From NCBI RefSeq assembly GCF_009914755.1, contig NC_060938.1: a DNA stretch of 64,000 nucleotides. One strand, given 5' to 3'. Source of the DNA: the human T2T-CHM13v2.0 reference genome, Homo sapiens. Within the stretch, counting starts at the first letter, position 1. Every line of letters begins with the position of its first letter. The notes under the pieces are model-generated. The model had not been told where the DNA came from. It saw nothing but the letters and a program-made list of their open reading frames with translations, and did not search any database. Made by a program: the position numbers and the translations under genes. This document shows positions 15,261 through 30,610 of this stretch, piece by piece.

Positions 15261-18200
15261 AAATGCAATCTTGCATTCTTGGGATGAACTCATCTTGTCA
15301 TGCTGTATTATATTGCTAGATTTAATTTTCTAAGTTAAGTGTTCAGGTTCCTACATTTATGAGAGATATTGTTTTGTTTTATTTAATTATGATGTCTTCA
15401 TCTGGTTCCATTTACAGAGTAATACTGACCTCATAAAATGAGTTGGAAAATGTTTTTTTCTCTTCTAATTTCTGAAAGAGTTTATGTAAGATTTGTATTA
15501 TTTATTCTTTCAATGATTAATAGAATTTACTGGTGAAGCCATATGGACTTGGGGTTTCTTTGAGGGAAATGTTTTATGTTGTGAATGTAATTTTAATAGT
15601 TATGGGTTTTTTTTACTTTTATTGAGTTATAGTGAGTTATTTGTGTCTTTTAAGGAATGTGAGCATCTCATCCAAGTTTTCAAATTTATTAGCATGTCTG
15701 TAGGATCTGTAGTGATGTTCTACCTTTCATTCCTGATATTGGTAATTCATGAATTTTCAATTTTTTTTTTGTCCATCAGGATGCTGGGGCCTATCAAGTT
15801 TTTGGGACTTTTCAAAGAACCAGTTTTTGATTTTATTGATTTTATCTATGGATTTTCTGATTTCAATTTCATTGATTTCTGTTTCTTTATTGTTTTCTTC
15901 CACCTACTGAGTTCTGTTCTTTTTCTGTCTTCTTAAGGGAGATGCATAAACTTTTTATTTCAGATCTTTAATATTTTCTCATATAATAATTTTTAGCTAT
16001 AAATTTCCATTTAATCATTGCTTTAGTTGCTTCCCAGAAATTCATTATATATGTTATGCTTTTATTGTATTTCAGTGCAGGATATTTTCTAAAGTTTCTT
16101 CTTTCATTCATGAATTGTTTAGAAGTGTGCTTTTTAATGTGTAAATATTTGGTAATTTTTCAGATACTTTTGTGTTATTGGTTTCTAGTTTAATTCTATT
16201 GTGGCTAGAGAATATGCTGTATGATGTAGCTCCATCTAAATTTTTGAGACTTATTTTATGGACTGGAATACCTATCTTGTTAAATGTTGCACGTGTACTT
16301 TAAAACAATGTGTATTCCACAGTGGTTGAGTGGAGATTTCTAACATTATAAAATAGGTTAAGTTGTTTGAGAGTGTTTTCAAGTCTTATATATTTGCTGA
16401 TTTTCTGTCTGCTTGTTTTATCAGTTACTGAGAGAGGATTATGGAAATTTACAACTTCAGTTATGCTTCTTTCAATTCTCTCACCTTACTAAGGGTACAA
16501 ATATTTATGGTTTTTATGTTTTCTAGGTTAATTGACCCTTTCATCATTGTAAAATTGCCTTGGTTTTTCTGGTAATATTCTTTGTTCTGAAATCTATTTC
16601 TCTGATATTAATATAGACACTCAAGCTTTCTTATAATTTCAATTATGGTATAACAATTATGCCATAATTGCATAGTATAACTTTTTCTGTTTACTTCTAG
16701 CTTATCTGAGCCTTTATAATTTAGCTATGTTTTTCACAGGCAGCATACAATTGGGTCATGGGTTTTAAAAAACTCAAATCCTATTTCACAATCTTTGCCT
16801 TTTAGACCATTTACATTAGTAAAATTATTGTTTAGACCATTGGCATTTAATGTAATTTCTGGTATGAATTGAAGCCTATCATGATACACTTGTATGACTG
16901 AAGCCTATCATGTTACACTTGTTTTATATTTGTCCCATCTGTTCCTTTTTTTTCTTTTTGATATCTTGCCTTTTTTGAATTAATTATTTTTAGTGTTATA
17001 TTTTATTTCTGTATTGTACTGTTAGCTACACCATCTTTAAAAAATTGCTCTTGGGTTTATAATATGCACTTTTAACTTCACAGTCTACCTCAAATTATAT
17101 CAGTTTACATATAATGTAAGGCCTTTTTGTATTTTAATTTTACCCCTCCTATCCTTTTTGTTATTGTTACCAAACATCTTACTTCTATATATATTATTAG
17201 CCTCTATTCATTATAATTATTTTTTGTTTTAAATAATCAACCATCTTTTAACAACATATTAATATGAGTAAAAAAGCCTTCTGTAGTTATTCAGCATACT
17301 TACCATGTCCAACACTCTTTATGCCTTTGTGTAAATTTGAGCTACTATCTGGTATCATTTTCCTTTAGCCCGAAAAACTTCCTTTAACATTTCTTGTAGT
17401 GGAGCTCAGCTGGAAATGAATTCTCTTATTTTGTGTTTGTCTTCAAATAGTCTTTATTTCATACTCATTTTTGAAGGATAATTTCACTGGGTATAGAATT
17501 CTAGGTTGACAGTTTTTTTCTTTCAGCCTATTAAAGATGTCGTTCCATTGTCTTCTGGCTTGCATTGTTTCTGACGAGAAATCAGCGATCATTCTTATCT
17601 TTGTTCCCCTGTAAGTAATGTGTCTTTTTTTCCCTCCTGGCTATTTTTAAGATTTTCTTCTTATTGGTTTTCATCAATTTGTTTATAATGAATTTTGGTG
17701 TTATTTTCTTTGCTTTTATCTTGCCTAGGATTCATTGAGCTTCTTGGATTTGGGGGTTGTTTTCATCAGACTTGAAAATTTTTAGCCATTGTCTCTTCAA
17801 ATATTTCCCCCTTTTATTTCTTTTGTGCTTTAAATCACATGTACTTGGAGCAATCATAAAAATTTGGCTTTATACTAAGTAAAATATATGTAAGGTAAAA
17901 CTGCCTGAAATTTTCCCACAGTTCACTGTATCTCTATTTTTCTTCCATTATTTCAGTTTGGGTAGTTTTGTTATGTCTCCTAATTCACTGATCTTTTCTT
18001 CTGCATTGTCTATTCTTCTATTAAGCCCATTCAGTGAGTTTTTCAAGTTGTATTTCTGATTTTTAAAGTCACATTTAATTTTTAAATTATATCTCCCATC
18101 TCTATCCTCATTATGCCTATCTTCATGCTTTCCTTTGCCAATGTTTATGATAACTATTTTAAAGTTCTTCTTTGCCAACTACTTCATCTCCACAGTTTCT

Positions 18201-20844
18201 GGGTTTGTTTCTGCTGATCTGTTTTCCCCCTGGTTATGAGTGACATTTTACCCCCTTTTCAAATATCAAATAATTTTGACTGGATGCTGGATTTCATGAT
18301 TGTTACATTATTGAGTGTCTGAATTTTGCTGTCTTCCATTACAGTATGTTGAAGTTTGTTTTGGCAATCAAGCTACTTGTGGATTAGTCTGACCATTTCA
18401 AGGCTTATTCTTAGGTTTTGTTAGAATGAGCCTAGAGTAACTTTTTCTCTAATGTTAGTTTAACCCTATTACTAAGAAATGACCCTCCTAAAGTTTCTAT
18501 GATTGCTCCAAGTATTTAGTGATTTCCCCCTACTCTGACTGGTTGGACCTTGAATATCTTCCAGCCCTGTACAAGCTCTAGGAATTGCTTAGCTCACAGA
18601 ACTCTCACAGTTTTTCTCTATCCAGCCTCATAGAGTTTTACCTTACATACATTTTACTTAGTATAAAGCCAAAGACTCAAAAGGACTCCTATTTAGATTT
18701 CTGGATCTCTTTCTTTGCCTAGTTCCCTCTTCCTTCATACTCTATTCAGCAAATTTCAGCCATCTGGCCTCTCTAAACTCCAGTTTTTGTCCCCTCAACT
18801 AAAAACAAGACCATACTATTCTGCTTATCTTTCCCTTTCTAGGGCCAAGGTCTGGAAGTTACTGTCAGGAAGAAAGCCAGGGTGATTGTGGGGCTCACTG
18901 CATTATTTCTCTTCTCTCAAGGATCACTGCCCTGTACTACTTGGAGACCAGTTTCTGAAAATAGTGTTTCAAATATATATTTTTTAGTTCTCTAGTTGTT
19001 TATGGTGGGAAGGCAAGTCTAATACCAATTTTTCTATCATAGTTGAAAGAGTAATTGTTGTCTGCTGTGTTTTTATGCTATCTTTTTTGTTATTATTTTT
19101 GAATGGTGATCTAGTATGACTATATTTGCCACAAGATAAGGTATGCTGATTGTCCTTATATCAAAATCAATTGTAGTGCTTTTCCCAATTAGAAATACCT
19201 GTGTTCTATCCTCAAACATTTTGATTCAGAAGATCTAACATTGGTTCCAGACATCATATTTTTAAAATCTTGACAGTTGATTTTTGATACATAGCAAAAC
19301 TTAAGATCACTGTTTTAGTAAGTTTAAATCCAATGTGGCTTTTATGAACTTAAATTGATTATCTACAACCTGTTCTTAACACAGCAACACTCAGTAAAAA
19401 TGGAATGCAAAATTAAAGCAGTAGGACCTCCTGGATATCTCCATTATCCACAAAAAAGCATTTATTTCTGGCAGAATAGAAGTCTTTAGAGCCCTAATTA
19501 CTGTGGCTGGTGCACACTTCAATTTGTTTACCTGTGCCATAGCAGTTGTTATATGTTTTGAATATTAATTCTTCCCATAAGTGTCATGAACTTCTGTAAA
19601 GCAATCTGCAGACATTCTTATAATACACTGATTTGGAGATGGTTAGCAGATTTTATCTTGTGTGCCAATTTTGTTTTGATTAGTGGTGACTTCTTGGAGC
19701 ACAGTGATAAGAAGGATCCTAAGGCCAGTTCTGGACTCAGCAGGAAGGAATGCTGTAATGGATTAGTGATGTCTGTCATGAGTTTGGGATCAGAAGAATG
19801 CAGCACATGTTCCATGTTTTTGCAATTCATGTACTGGTTAAAGGCAGCTTTTTCCTCTATGTTACTCTAATTGTACAAGAAAACTTGTTACAACTCTTTA
19901 TATTCAGCTTAACTTTACCATATATGGGAAACTAATCTCATAGTTATGAAGCGCCTATACCGAAATTATTTCTTCATCAATCTGTTCATGTACTCATTCA
20001 TTTCCATTTCTTCTTTGTTGTGCTCTAAAAATATGATCAAAATGATACTATCTTATTATAGTAGTGGTCTCTGGTCTGTATTTCTTGTCTTCTTTTCAAA
20101 TAAATAGACCTGTTGTATATTTTTAAATGTCAGTCGTTCTGGTAACTATATTTCCGTGAATCCCCAACTAGACACATAATCTTATACATGGTCTAACAAT
20201 GGGATAGAAAGTTTGAAGGTGGGAAGCTCCTAGGTAGAAAATTTTCTAAAGTGTTTGGAACATAAATTAGCTCGGATCATTAATAATATATATTTTTGAA
20301 TTATAATTGAATATGTAACTAAGTAAGAATATCTTCTCATCTGCAAATTCCCACGTATTAAGAATAGGCCAACATAGTCCTGTGAGTTTAAAATATGACA
20401 CTTTAGAAAAATGTCCTACTTTCAAGCATATAAACCCCTTACATGTTTTTAATGATGGAATATTGTTAGCCAAGTGCTTTGGGCTACAGAATCATCCAGA
20501 TGATAACTACTGGTTGTGATTCTCAGTCTGACTTATTACAGGTCACTTGGTTCTTTTCCTCATTCTGTGTGTATACTGAGCTTAGGAGTTGGGTATTAGC
20601 AGACTAGCAGAGATTTAATTGGGTATTAGCAGACTAGCAAAGGTTTAGTAGGTGGGTCACGTGTAAGAGAGAGATGCATTTCATTTGGGCAAGAAATTAA
20701 TCTTTCCAGTCTCCATGTTTGTTGGGGATGGGATAGGAAATGGAATGGTAGAGGACGTCTTACTATTCATTTCAGTTGTTATCAATTTAAAACGCTTACT
20801 GGTGCCAAGAATCTAGGATGTTTAGCATAATATACAATCATGAA

Positions 20845-21045
20845 AAGAGCAGAATGTCAAGCACCAAGAAATATAGGTTCTAGTTCTAGCTTATCATATA
20901 CTAACTCTGTGACCATATCAAGCTACTTAACCTTGCTAACTTTAATTTATTCTTATATGAAATGAGATTAATAATCTGCTGTACCTACCCTACAGAGTTG
21001 TTGGAGGATCAAGTGAAACCATGGTTGTAAAAACCTTTGAAAACT
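20845..21045 (+). mobile_element. MIR
   Basis: ggttctagttctagc...actaactctgtgacc...tacctaccctacagagttgttggaggatcaagtga core. Confidence 0.7.
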
Positions 21046-21296
21046 TATTAATGGCATACCATTGTGGTACTGTACATGCCATCTTATATTGGCTTATCTC
21101 TTATCCTAGGAAAATGGATGGAGTTGTATATCTTTGCTTGTCTTTTAAATTTTTTATAGATTAAAAAGATGATTCTGTTAGAAAGCTTTCTGATGATGGT
21201 TCTGTTTAGAAAAAAGAAAATAGTAAAATATCTGTTTTTACTAGGGCATGAATAATTTCAATGAGAAGTATTCATCAGCTGTGCTTTACTTTACAG

Positions 21297-21361
21297 CTTG
21301 GAATCCCATCCACTGCCAGCACATTGAATGCCACAATGCAATTAACAAACCAGCTGTGAAG
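21297..21361 (+). CDS. UNC79: UNC79 internal coding exon A (65 nt; WNPIHCQHIECHNAINKPAVK)
   Basis: Acceptor gctttactttacag, donor AAG|gtactg; ends in phase 0 and joins exon B in frame. Confidence 0.88.
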
Positions 21362-21854
21362 GTACTGTTTTATTAGACCTGGTGCCATACTGTATTGTCA
21401 GTGGTCAAATTGCTGAATGAAGTGGAGTAGATTGCATCCTTCTCTGTAAAGCAGAGGCATGTCCTCTGTAGTAATTCGAAGTACCTCCATATTCAATCTG
21501 ATTGTACTTTGGCAGACTGGTCAAGAGAGAGCAATGAATAGCGTTGTCTGCAGTTTTGGCTATGCGTTCGTAGCCAAGTGCTATGTAGCACTGAGCTAAT
21601 TATCTATCAGAAGGATCCTAGTAAAATGCTTACATGGTCCTTAACTGGTTTCTATTTCAGCTAATGAACTCAGGGAAATGTATTTTCTCTCTGTTTTCAT
21701 GTGTATGCTACAAATCATGAGTGCTTATGCAAATTCAGGAGTGGTAGGACAAAAAGATAAAATTGTTAATTTTTAGCTCATATTACAAATATGACTTAAC
21801 TGAAATGACTGAAAGGTGTCTGGACAGCATATACATGGAAAGTTACATTAAAAG

Positions 21855-21970
21855 TAAGGAAACAGTGGTTTACAGAGTCAAGTCATTTTCCTAAGGTTGC
21901 CAGTTAGCAACAAAACTGGAGACAGAACCAGGTATCTGGACTCCTAACCTTATTGTCCTTCTACCACACC
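21855..21970 (-). mobile_element. MIR fragment
   Basis: ggaaacag...aagtcattttcctaaggttgc...ccaggtatctggactcc. Confidence 0.6.
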
Positions 21971-22481
21971 AAATTGGTTCTGTCCTAGTATAACCCTGAA
22001 TCTTGAAAGTTGAATGTGAAGAAAAATAATCACACCTTTTAAGAAAATTATTTATGATATATTTATTGGATATAAAATATTTGGCTGGATGAACCTGTGT
22101 CTGGATTTGCAAGGTATAATTTTTATATTATGAGGAGTAGGAGTTACCTGAAGTTATCAGAGTTCACAGTTACTTTGGAGAACCAGGTGTCCTGCGGGTT
22201 TGCTTCTTTTGTTTTATAGATAGCCTGTAGAAAACCAAATACTAATAGAAAACTAACACCATCTCTTTATAGAAACAAAGTAGGAAAGGTGAAATGAGAT
22301 CCAATAAATATAAAAGAAACCAAAAATGTGTTTCATGAACCAAAAACTGGCAGAGGAGTGCCGGTAATAACACTGTCATCTAGATACATTATACTAACAA
22401 AGGATGGCCTTGTATTATTATTTTTAATCTCTGCTTTTGTTGAAGGCAAATTGAATGGATTGATATTAAGAGCAGGTAACT

Positions 22482-22826
<345 letters not shown>

Positions 22827-24521
22827 CTACTGTGTGCACCCCACTGTTGACCTTCAATAGACATTTGGGGTTCAGAGGTGCTCTTCTTTGGAGTGAGGAT
22901 ATTTTGAGCTGCTCACATGTGAATTCATAGTTTATTCATATAGTTCAGCTCGATTTTTCACAATGATGAGACTTTCATGGTTCCTTCTTATTATCCTTCT
23001 TTTCTTCCTCCTGCCTAAGTTATAGCTCCTTCTTTTGGGTCACCCAGACATCAACATGAAGGGGATCCTTTCTGTCTGGTTTCTGCAGTTATTTTTCCTT
23101 GATTTTATGTCAGACTGCATTCTCAGGAGTCCTCTGATATCCTGGTTAGTAATGCTTTCTGGCCTCCTACTCACAGAAAGCATCATGAATTAGATTTTCT
23201 ACTTCTTTTCTAGGCAAACAGCCCAGTCCATTCCACTGAGTTGGCCTCACTTTTCTTCCTGAAGTGAGTCAGCCATGATAGGTCAAACCATCCACTTTCT
23301 GTCATTTTATAAAAATAGAGGCAAAATTCACATAATGAACAATGAATTATTTTAAAGGGAATAATTCAGTGTCATTTAGTATATTTACAATGTTTGCCAA
23401 CACCACCTCTTTCTAGTCCCAAGACATTTTCATATCCCCCAAATCTTACTTTCTGAACTCCAGTTTCCTTAAAGACCCTTCTTTTCTATTTCAATTCTAC
23501 ACTTTGCAGAAAGGTAGCATTCTCATTAAGTCTTCCTGTGCTGGGGCCATTTTTGCACTACAATAGGTCTGGCTCAGTATTGCTCTTGCTTTACAGTGTG
23601 AGTCCGCCCAATCCACATCATCACCGTATGACATGCAAATCAAGGGTATCAAACATCCAAATGCTTACAAAATAATGTTAAGCATAAAGTTATGCAATTT
23701 TATAGTATGATGTTTAAAAGTTTTAAAAAGTTTAAAGGTTACATAGTGAAAAACAATCAGTAATACTTATCATGGTGAAAAACAATCAGTAATACTTATC
23801 AGAGTGTTACTATGGATTGCATCAAGATGGAAGGTTAATGTGTTAATTGAATTTTCTTTTTTCCCTTTCTCGGTTTTCCAAAGCCTCTACATTGGGCATA
23901 TGTCATATTTATAAACAAAAAAATCCACTTATTCATGTGACACACAGATATGAACACATTAGTGTGGATGTAAACCAACCTGTTCAGACTAGAACAAAAC
24001 TCACTAGACCAACTACAGATCTGATAGGTCATGCTAAGTAAGTTATTTAAAAAGTCAGAGGTTGACTAGCTAATCTCTAATGATTATTTATAGTTTTAGC
24101 ATCCTAGGAGCTTCTCCTTTTGAGTAGTGTGAAAAAGTATCTTTACGTGAGAGAGGTATCAATGACTCACTAAAAAAGAGGGTAGAATAACATATAATAT
24201 GTAAGAGGAGCTCCACATGGGGGGCATGGGAAAGATTTGGGGAAAATTGATTAATCCTCACCAAAAGCCTAATATCTCTGTGATAGTGAGCTGTACTGCT
24301 AAGCAAGAATGGTATACCAAATAGAAAAATATTATCCATTTTTGTTTTAATAGGCTGCAAAAAAGTACTTTTTAGGCAAAAGCCAAGAGTTGTAATAGGA
24401 TTAAATGTGAAAATATGTTGGAACTTAAAGTTTACGATATCATACTCTGCTTTTGATTTTACCTGGTTCTACTTGAAGTCCACTTTATGAAATACTTTGA
24501 AGCCCAGATAATTATCTAAGG

Positions 24522-24731
24522 CAGGTTCTGGCAAACTATGGCCCAGAGCCAAATCTGGCCTGCTGCCAGTTTTTGGAAATAAGGTTTTATTAGAACACAG
24601 CTATGTTAATTTTCTTACATATTTATTGTCTATGGCTGCTTTCATGCTCCAACAGCAGAATTGAGTAGTTGTGACAGAGACTGTGGCCCACAAAGCCTAA
24701 AATATTTACAAAAAAAGTTTGCCAATCTCTG
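24522..24731. mobile_element. MER58A-like hAT-Charlie DNA transposon
   Basis: cagg..ggcaaact start and agtttgcc..ctg end (terminal inverted repeats); internal aataaggttttattagaacacagc. Confidence 0.8.
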
Positions 24732-25876
24732 ATTTAACACACCGCAAAGCAGTTACTCATTACGTCTAAGGAAGCATGAAACTTACATGAGGAAAATTTT
24801 CACTCTGAGCCTTTGTCATCGGGGAATATATAGTTTACAAATGTTGACGGTAAATTGAGCAATTCTAACTAGCTTCCTCAATCATTGAAGTGTCTGTTTT
24901 CACTTTGAATTACAGGCTGTTTGGGTTATAAGTTTAGGTGATTTCCCCCCTTCAAATTTGTGAGAACAACTAAAAAGAGTGTAGTTCCAGAAAAATTTGT
25001 GTATTAGGCATCTTAACTGCTTACTCAGCTAGCACATGAATTGATTATTTTTTCGAGGGTAGAAACAGAATTCAAAATGGCTTTTGTAAATTATAGAAAT
25101 TTAAATTTATGCAAAGTACAAAATGCAGTTAGTTATCTAGATTTTTTGTTCATTTGATTTAAAAGATCCAGATATTGAAATATTCTGATGATCAACTGTG
25201 AAATTAACACTTTGCATCTCTGTGCTTAGGCTCGTGAAACCCAGCTGTATCAACCAGTTCCAGCAAGGGCAAACAAATTATAGGTCATGTGTAGGAAAAA
25301 AAAAAAAAACACATGAAAAAGAAAGGTTGGATGATTGATACAGAACTAAGATTCCAGAGTAAGAGAAGTGAACCACTCAATGTTAGATTTAATGCCAACT
25401 TTTTTGAATAAGGTATGCCTTAAGAAGCAAAGTTCTCTACCACTAGCACTTTGGTATCAGTTATGATTCTGAAATCTTAATAATATATTTTCCTTTTCCT
25501 AATGAGAAACTACTGTTGTTTACCACTTTAAAGAAGGAATTAGTGTGAGTAATATATCGCCAATTTGAGCAGCAATTGAACAAGATGATATTTTGGATCT
25601 TTGTGGAATGAGAGTGAATTTCTTGACACTATTTATTACTTGAATTGCAAGTTAACAGGAGAAATGAAAAACCACGGCAGCCACATTTAAATCCTCAGGG
25701 TGGACTCATCAGCTAGTCCAGGGAGAAACATTTATCGGTAAAAAGGGTTTTACTAAAAATGTTTATTCCACCTCGCTTGTGGAAAATCTGTCATTATTGA
25801 AGCATTTGTGCTTAGAATATAGGGAATGTGATACCCAGGAACAGGAGAGTTCATTCTGTCTTTTCATATGTTTCAG

Positions 25877-25965
25877 ATGTGTATAGACCCTTCCCTGTCA
25901 GTAGCGTTGGGTGATAAACCACCCCCGTTGTATCTCTGTGAAGAATGCAGCGAGAGGATTGCAGG
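25877..25965 (+). CDS. UNC79: UNC79 coding exon B (89 nt; MCIDPSLSVALGDKPPPLYLCEECSERIAG)
   Basis: Acceptor tgtttcag, donor GG|gtaggt; peptide recognised as UNC79; phase 0 to 2. Confidence 0.93.
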
Positions 25966-26604
25966 GTAGGTATAAGAGTTCTTAAAGAAAAGGAAATAGG
26001 ACAACAATAAGAAGATAAGAAAAATCATTTGGACTTAAATTAGTTACATTGCTAAAGTTTCTCTCTAGCCTCTCTGATTTTTAAAGGTTAATTATTCTGA
26101 TACTTAACATATAGCAAACTTTCACTGGGAACATTACAGCTTTGAAAAGTTGCAATATTTCTCTTTATGTGACATGAGAAGAAGGCAATTCCATTTAATA
26201 AATCAGCTCCAATTTTGGAGTAACCCTGTTAAAAAGGCCACAGAGAAAAACAGATGTAAAAGAAAACTGTGGTTTCCAAACATGACATACAAATTATATG
26301 GGTTCTTTTTGCTTGTTTGTTTCACAGAATCACACTCAGCTTTGTACAGATCATGCAGTATTTTGGTTGGCTTAATTAGCATCTGGAAAGTATCATTTAA
26401 AGATAACTGAATATGATGAAGTGCCTATAATTTATAATTTAGCTGGAATGCATTAGACATTTTAAGAGTTTATTATGATAGTGCTCTTAATTATACTTCC
26501 TTTCTATTAAAAGCCTTTCAGCACTAGTGTGCAGCTTATAAACATTCATGTGGAAGGAGAACATTTCAATGAAGCTCAAAAATGAATTTTGTTTTTTTCA
26601 ATAG

Positions 26605-26645
26605 GGACCACAGTGAGTGGCTGATTGATGTTCTTCTGCCACAAG
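26605..26645 (+). CDS. UNC79: UNC79 coding exon C (41 nt; DHSEWLIDVLLPQ)
   Basis: Acceptor ttttttcaatag, donor CAAG|gtatgg; phase 2 to 1, fits both neighbours. Confidence 0.92.
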
Positions 26646-27427
26646 GTATGGTTTACTTAGGAAAGGATGAATAATGAGTAATCATGACTAATGACATAGT
26701 TGCTTTATCTCCTTTTGTACTATTTTATTTTACAAAGACAGTCACCAAAGTATTGTATTGTATGAATATTCATTGATATGAAGCATAATATCAATGCCTT
26801 GCTTATAATGTACCCACACATTTAATAATGCGGGAAGTAGTATCATCCCTACCAAAATTAAGGGTAGATATTGGAATTAGGATTCCATACGACTAAAGCC
26901 CTGCCAAATTATGTCTTCAGGGATTTTCTGTATCTGTAACAGGTGTTGTCAGTGATAAGTTGCTGCACCAGGTCTTACTAAGGAGAAGAAAAAGAATAAG
27001 GAACACTAGCTGGGAGAGAAATGAATAATTGGCCTTTCCCCTGCTACTATTACTAGTACCATGTTGTGGGGGGGAAATCATTGAATGTCTCTGAGGCTCA
27101 GTTTCCTCATCAGTAAAATGGGGATAAAGTATATCTAACCCATCTCAATGGAAAGACAAGATTGCAATGCTTCTTGTAGTTTGTCAGAGTTGTCAAAGCT
27201 ATGCCCTATAAGTTGGTAGGTCCCAGACAGAGCATTTCTCCACATATGGGAGAGGCAGCTATTCCAGCCATGTCATTGGAGGCTAAAATGACAAGGAAAA
27301 GTACTGACAAACACAGAGGAAAAATGAAAGGTGGAAAGAGCTGCAGGCATACTAAGTTTGAGTAGAGATCGGGGCACAGGAAGAACTCGATGGTATATGA
27401 CTTCAGATGTAGAAAATAAATGGATTC

Positions 27428-28303
<876 letters not shown>

Positions 28304-29059
28304 TTAACTTTTTTTCCTTTAAATTATGCTACTTAATTAGTGATCATCCAGTGCTCTGAGGTAAAAGCCATAGTCAAGTTATAAAATATAAGTTATAAAA
28401 TCCTTTTTAAATATGTTGCTGAGTTCTGGTTGTCATCTCCAGTGATATTCATCTTTAGAGGAATATTGGCAATAACTTTTCATTACTTATACAGACATGT
28501 GACACTAACCTCAGATGATTTAAGATAAACTCTAGGATATCAAACTGTCAAGTAACCATTAATTATACAAAACCAGTTTTTAAACATGAGTTGTAAATTT
28601 TGTTGCTTTTTCATCCACTAGTTTAAGATTACCAGACAGGGTTTGGGAGACATTTACCTTTGATCTTTTAAATAAATTGTAACATAGACTATAAATAAGG
28701 TGTTAGTTCATTTTTTGAGTACATACTATTTCAGAGTACATATTAGCCAATTCTTGGAAAATTTATTTTCAAATGCTCTCCAGCATCAGTTTTCATGGAA
28801 ATAATTGATGTGCCCACTGAAAAGAATTCTTATGCATTCATTATGTAGACAGTAATTTGACAGTCTTGCTCCAACTGGTCTACCCGTGGGTTTGAAAATT
28901 GCTTTCTCTTAAATAACCCTACAGCTGGTTTTACACACACACGTTAAGAGTGATATAAATTGATAATTTAAATCTAGGTAGTCCAAGTTAGTAATTTTGT
29001 CTACAGTTTTGATATTGCAAATAATCCGATGGTGATGCTGTAAATATATCACATTAACC

Positions 29060-29225
29060 CAGTGTCATAGTATAATGGGAAGAACAGTAAATGGGGAATT
29101 TGGAGACTTGAACTCAAGGTCTGCCCCTACCATTGATAGCTTGTGTGACCTTGAAGAATTTACCTAACCACAGTGGTTCTCAGTTTTGTCCTCTGTAAAA
29201 TGGGGAAATAAGATGAAATTTGTTT
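29060..29225 (+). mobile_element. MIR
   Basis: tgtgtgaccttg...ctcagttttgtcctctgtaaaatgggga core. Confidence 0.65.
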
Positions 29226-29496
29226 GGCTTTAACAAGATTTGATTTCTAAGTCATGTCTGAAAAGATTAAATTATTTGTAAAAGTAGCAGTGTGCAGGTG
29301 TTTTTAACCTCACTAAACATACACTACTAGATGAAAAGAGATCTATTTCATGATTTCTGAGGAAACTAGAAGCCAATAAAAGTAGACGATAATTTATGAG
29401 CCAAGTGAAAATCTGTTTGGGCCAAGTCCAGAGGTCATATTACTAAGATTTAAAAGATTCCCCCTTCATGGCTGCCCTTATTTTAAATGGGCTCTA

Positions 29497-29811
29497 GACC
29501 TGGCATGGTGGCTTACACCTGTAATCCTAGCCTTTTGGAGGGAGGTCAAGGCAGGAGGGTTGCTTGTGGCCAGGAGTTGAAGAACAGCCTGAGAAACATA
29601 GTAAGACCCCATGTCTACAAAAAAAAAAAAAAAAATTAGCTGGGCATGGAAGCCCACACCACTGCCTAGCTGCTTAGAAGGCGAGTCAGGAGGATCACTT
29701 GAGCCAAGGCGTTCAAGAGGCTGTGGTGGGCTATGATGGTGCCATTGCACTCCAGCCTGATTGACAGAGTGAGCCACTGTCTCAAAAAATAAATTAATTA
29801 ATTAAATAAAA
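29497..29811 (+). mobile_element. AluJ ending ~50 nt upstream of exon D
   Basis: Diverged dimer with A-rich tail. Confidence 0.88.
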
Positions 29812-29863
29812 ATTAGAGGGGCTCTCTTTCTTTGTTGATATTTTGTGTGCCTTCCCCTTACAG

Positions 29864-29892
29864 CTGAAATATCTGCTATATGTCAGAAAAAG
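29864..29892 (+). CDS. UNC79: UNC79 coding exon D (29-nt micro-exon; AEISAICQKK)
   Basis: Acceptor cttccccttacag, donor AAG|gtaaga; phase 1 to 0, needed to keep exons C and E in frame. Confidence 0.92.
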
Positions 29893-30610
29893 GTAAGAGC
29901 AAACCATTTGTGTCGTTGGGGCATGATTTATTGTGTTTGTATGTAAATTCATTTATTGACATCTGCCTCATTTCTGCACCGTGGTTTCCAGTATATGCAT
30001 GCCATTGTATTTGTGAAGGGGTAAAGGAAATAATTTAGCATGCAAGATTGCTACATCCAAATGGTCTCTATTTCCATTTCTGCTTTTGCTCACCCATCTT
30101 ATGCACAATGCTTTTGTTCAGTAATTTGCAATAAAAGCCTATGTGTAATTCTGGGATAGGAGTCCAATTAGAAAAAGGTTTGAATTATACTGCAATTTAT
30201 GGTACTTAACTTTAGTTAAGGATATATCTTGTATGCTAGAAATCTCAATTGTTTTGAAGTGGAGTGCAAATAGTCCAATTTGTATGTGTGAAAAACATAC
30301 CCAGACTGACTGTATATGGAAAGTATTTATGTGTAAGTTGAACAATACATGTAGCTAAAGATTCTTCCTTTAATATTTCCTTTAGTTTTTTTTTAATAAT
30401 AGTTTCTCTAAACCACCTCCATCTTCTCTTCTTGTTTTAATAATTGAAAAGAGTAAGAGGAGGCAGTATGATGTCATAAAAAAGAATTTTTGACTAGTTG
30501 GTTGAGATTCTTGGACTCTGGCCAGTTCTGTTCCCTCCTACCTATGTGGACCTTGCACACATCATTTAAACTTTTTGGGATGTTGATTGTGAGTAGGTAT
30601 ATTGGAGGGC

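Noticed and set aside
19586-19870. 94-aa ORF as an extra exon
   Set aside because: No suitable splice sites or UNC79 similarity; looks like an old DNA-transposon fragment I cannot name.
21641-21700. Strong-looking acceptor tttctatttcag at 21660
   Set aside because: No convincing donor, and exons A and B already join in frame.
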